This document shows, one piece after another, positions 63,472 to 64,000 of a stretch of 64,000 bases of DNA. Source of the DNA: an uncultured Chloroflexia bacterium (GTDB lineage Bacteria; Chloroflexota; Dehalococcoidia; UBA2979); the NCBI GenBank assembly GCA_963728205.1, contig CAVSIV010000006.1:1632001-1696000 (forward strand), given 5' to 3'. Numbering within the stretch: the stretch's first letter is position 1; every line of letters begins with the position of its first letter. A program made the translations under genes and the position numbers. Below the pieces are notes generated by a model. The model saw nothing but the letters and a program-made list of their open reading frames with translations, was not told the DNA's origin and searched no databases.

Positions 63472-63530
63472 GTATCGCGTTTCCGGGCGCGCGGCAGGCC
63501 TCGGGTCCGCCGTGGATCGCGATCCACCGT

Positions 63531-63620
63531 CAAGCGGCGGCAGACATGCCGCCGACAGGACGCGGACGCAGTGCGCGGCTGATGCCGCGCTTCTGTCGGC
63601 GGCATATCTGCCGCCGCTTC
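63531..63620. repeat. REP-like palindromic element, family A
   Basis: aagcggcggcagacatgccgccgacag ... ctgtcggcggcatatctgccgccgctt. Confidence 0.88.
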
Positions 63621-63724
63621 GGCTTTCGGCGAAGCCGAGACCTGCCGTACGCCCGATTTGGACGCGTGCACTCCGTATGTGCTAGAAACCGAGCCGCCAC
63701 CGCCCCCGGTTCCACGGAGTCGCA

Positions 63725-64000
63725 ATGCCCCTCGACCCCGTTGCCCGCAAGCTGCTCGACACCTTCGCGTCGGCAGGTCTCCCGCCGATGCACACCCTCC
63801 CGGCCGCGACCGCTCGCGAGATGTCCCGCGCCGGGCAGGCCAACGTGCCGCCCGGCCCCGATGTCGCGCACGTCGAGAATCGCACCGTGCCCGGTCCCGC
63901 CGGCGAGATCCCGGTGCGCGTCTACCGCCCGGGCGACCGGCCCGACCTGCCCGTCCTCGTCTGGTACCACGGCGGCGGCTGGGTGATCGGCGACCTCGAG
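63725..64000 (+). CDS. Alpha/beta hydrolase, HSL-family esterase (3'-partial)
   Basis: MPLDPVARKLL..., IPVRVYRP, VLVWYHGGGWVIGD; runs off the window end. Confidence 0.88.
   Translation, partial: MPLDPVARKLLDTFASAGLPPMHTLPAATAREMSRAGQANVPPGPDVAHVENRTVPGPAGEIPVRVYRPGDRPDLPVLVWYHGGGWVIGDLE

Overview
A very GC-rich bacterial chromosome segment with about 60 CDS and no recognisable rRNA, tRNA, CRISPR array, prophage or transposase. The gene content (F420-dependent enzymes, actinobacteria-like amtB-glnK-glnD and fhaA-fhaB-rodA-pbpA clusters, a Gram-positive-type SOS box, membrane-anchored surface proteins) suggests a monoderm organism. My best guess is Chloroflexota (Dehalococcoidia/Tepidiforma-like), or possibly an actinobacterium; this is inference only. 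Several genes (dedA, ccr, DUF1684, a Ser/Thr kinase, lhr) carry frameshifts that look like long-read consensus errors. The best candidates for something new are: (1) a membrane pseudokinase with a RodZ-like extracellular domain, translationally coupled to a soluble Hanks kinase and divergent from fhaA-fhaB-rodA-pbpA, which may be a split receptor-kinase cell-wall system; (2) a roughly 300-nt highly structured intergenic RNA candidate with a sequestered small ORF (46.5-46.8 kb); (3) a Dam-type methylase convergent with a minimal PD-(D/E)XK nuclease, with GATC-to-GAATC errors elsewhere that may record the methylation; (4) two tandem hairpin arrays (55 bp and about 88 bp) plus a dispersed REP-like family; and (5) a 1413-aa surface protein with five repeated CBM-like modules.
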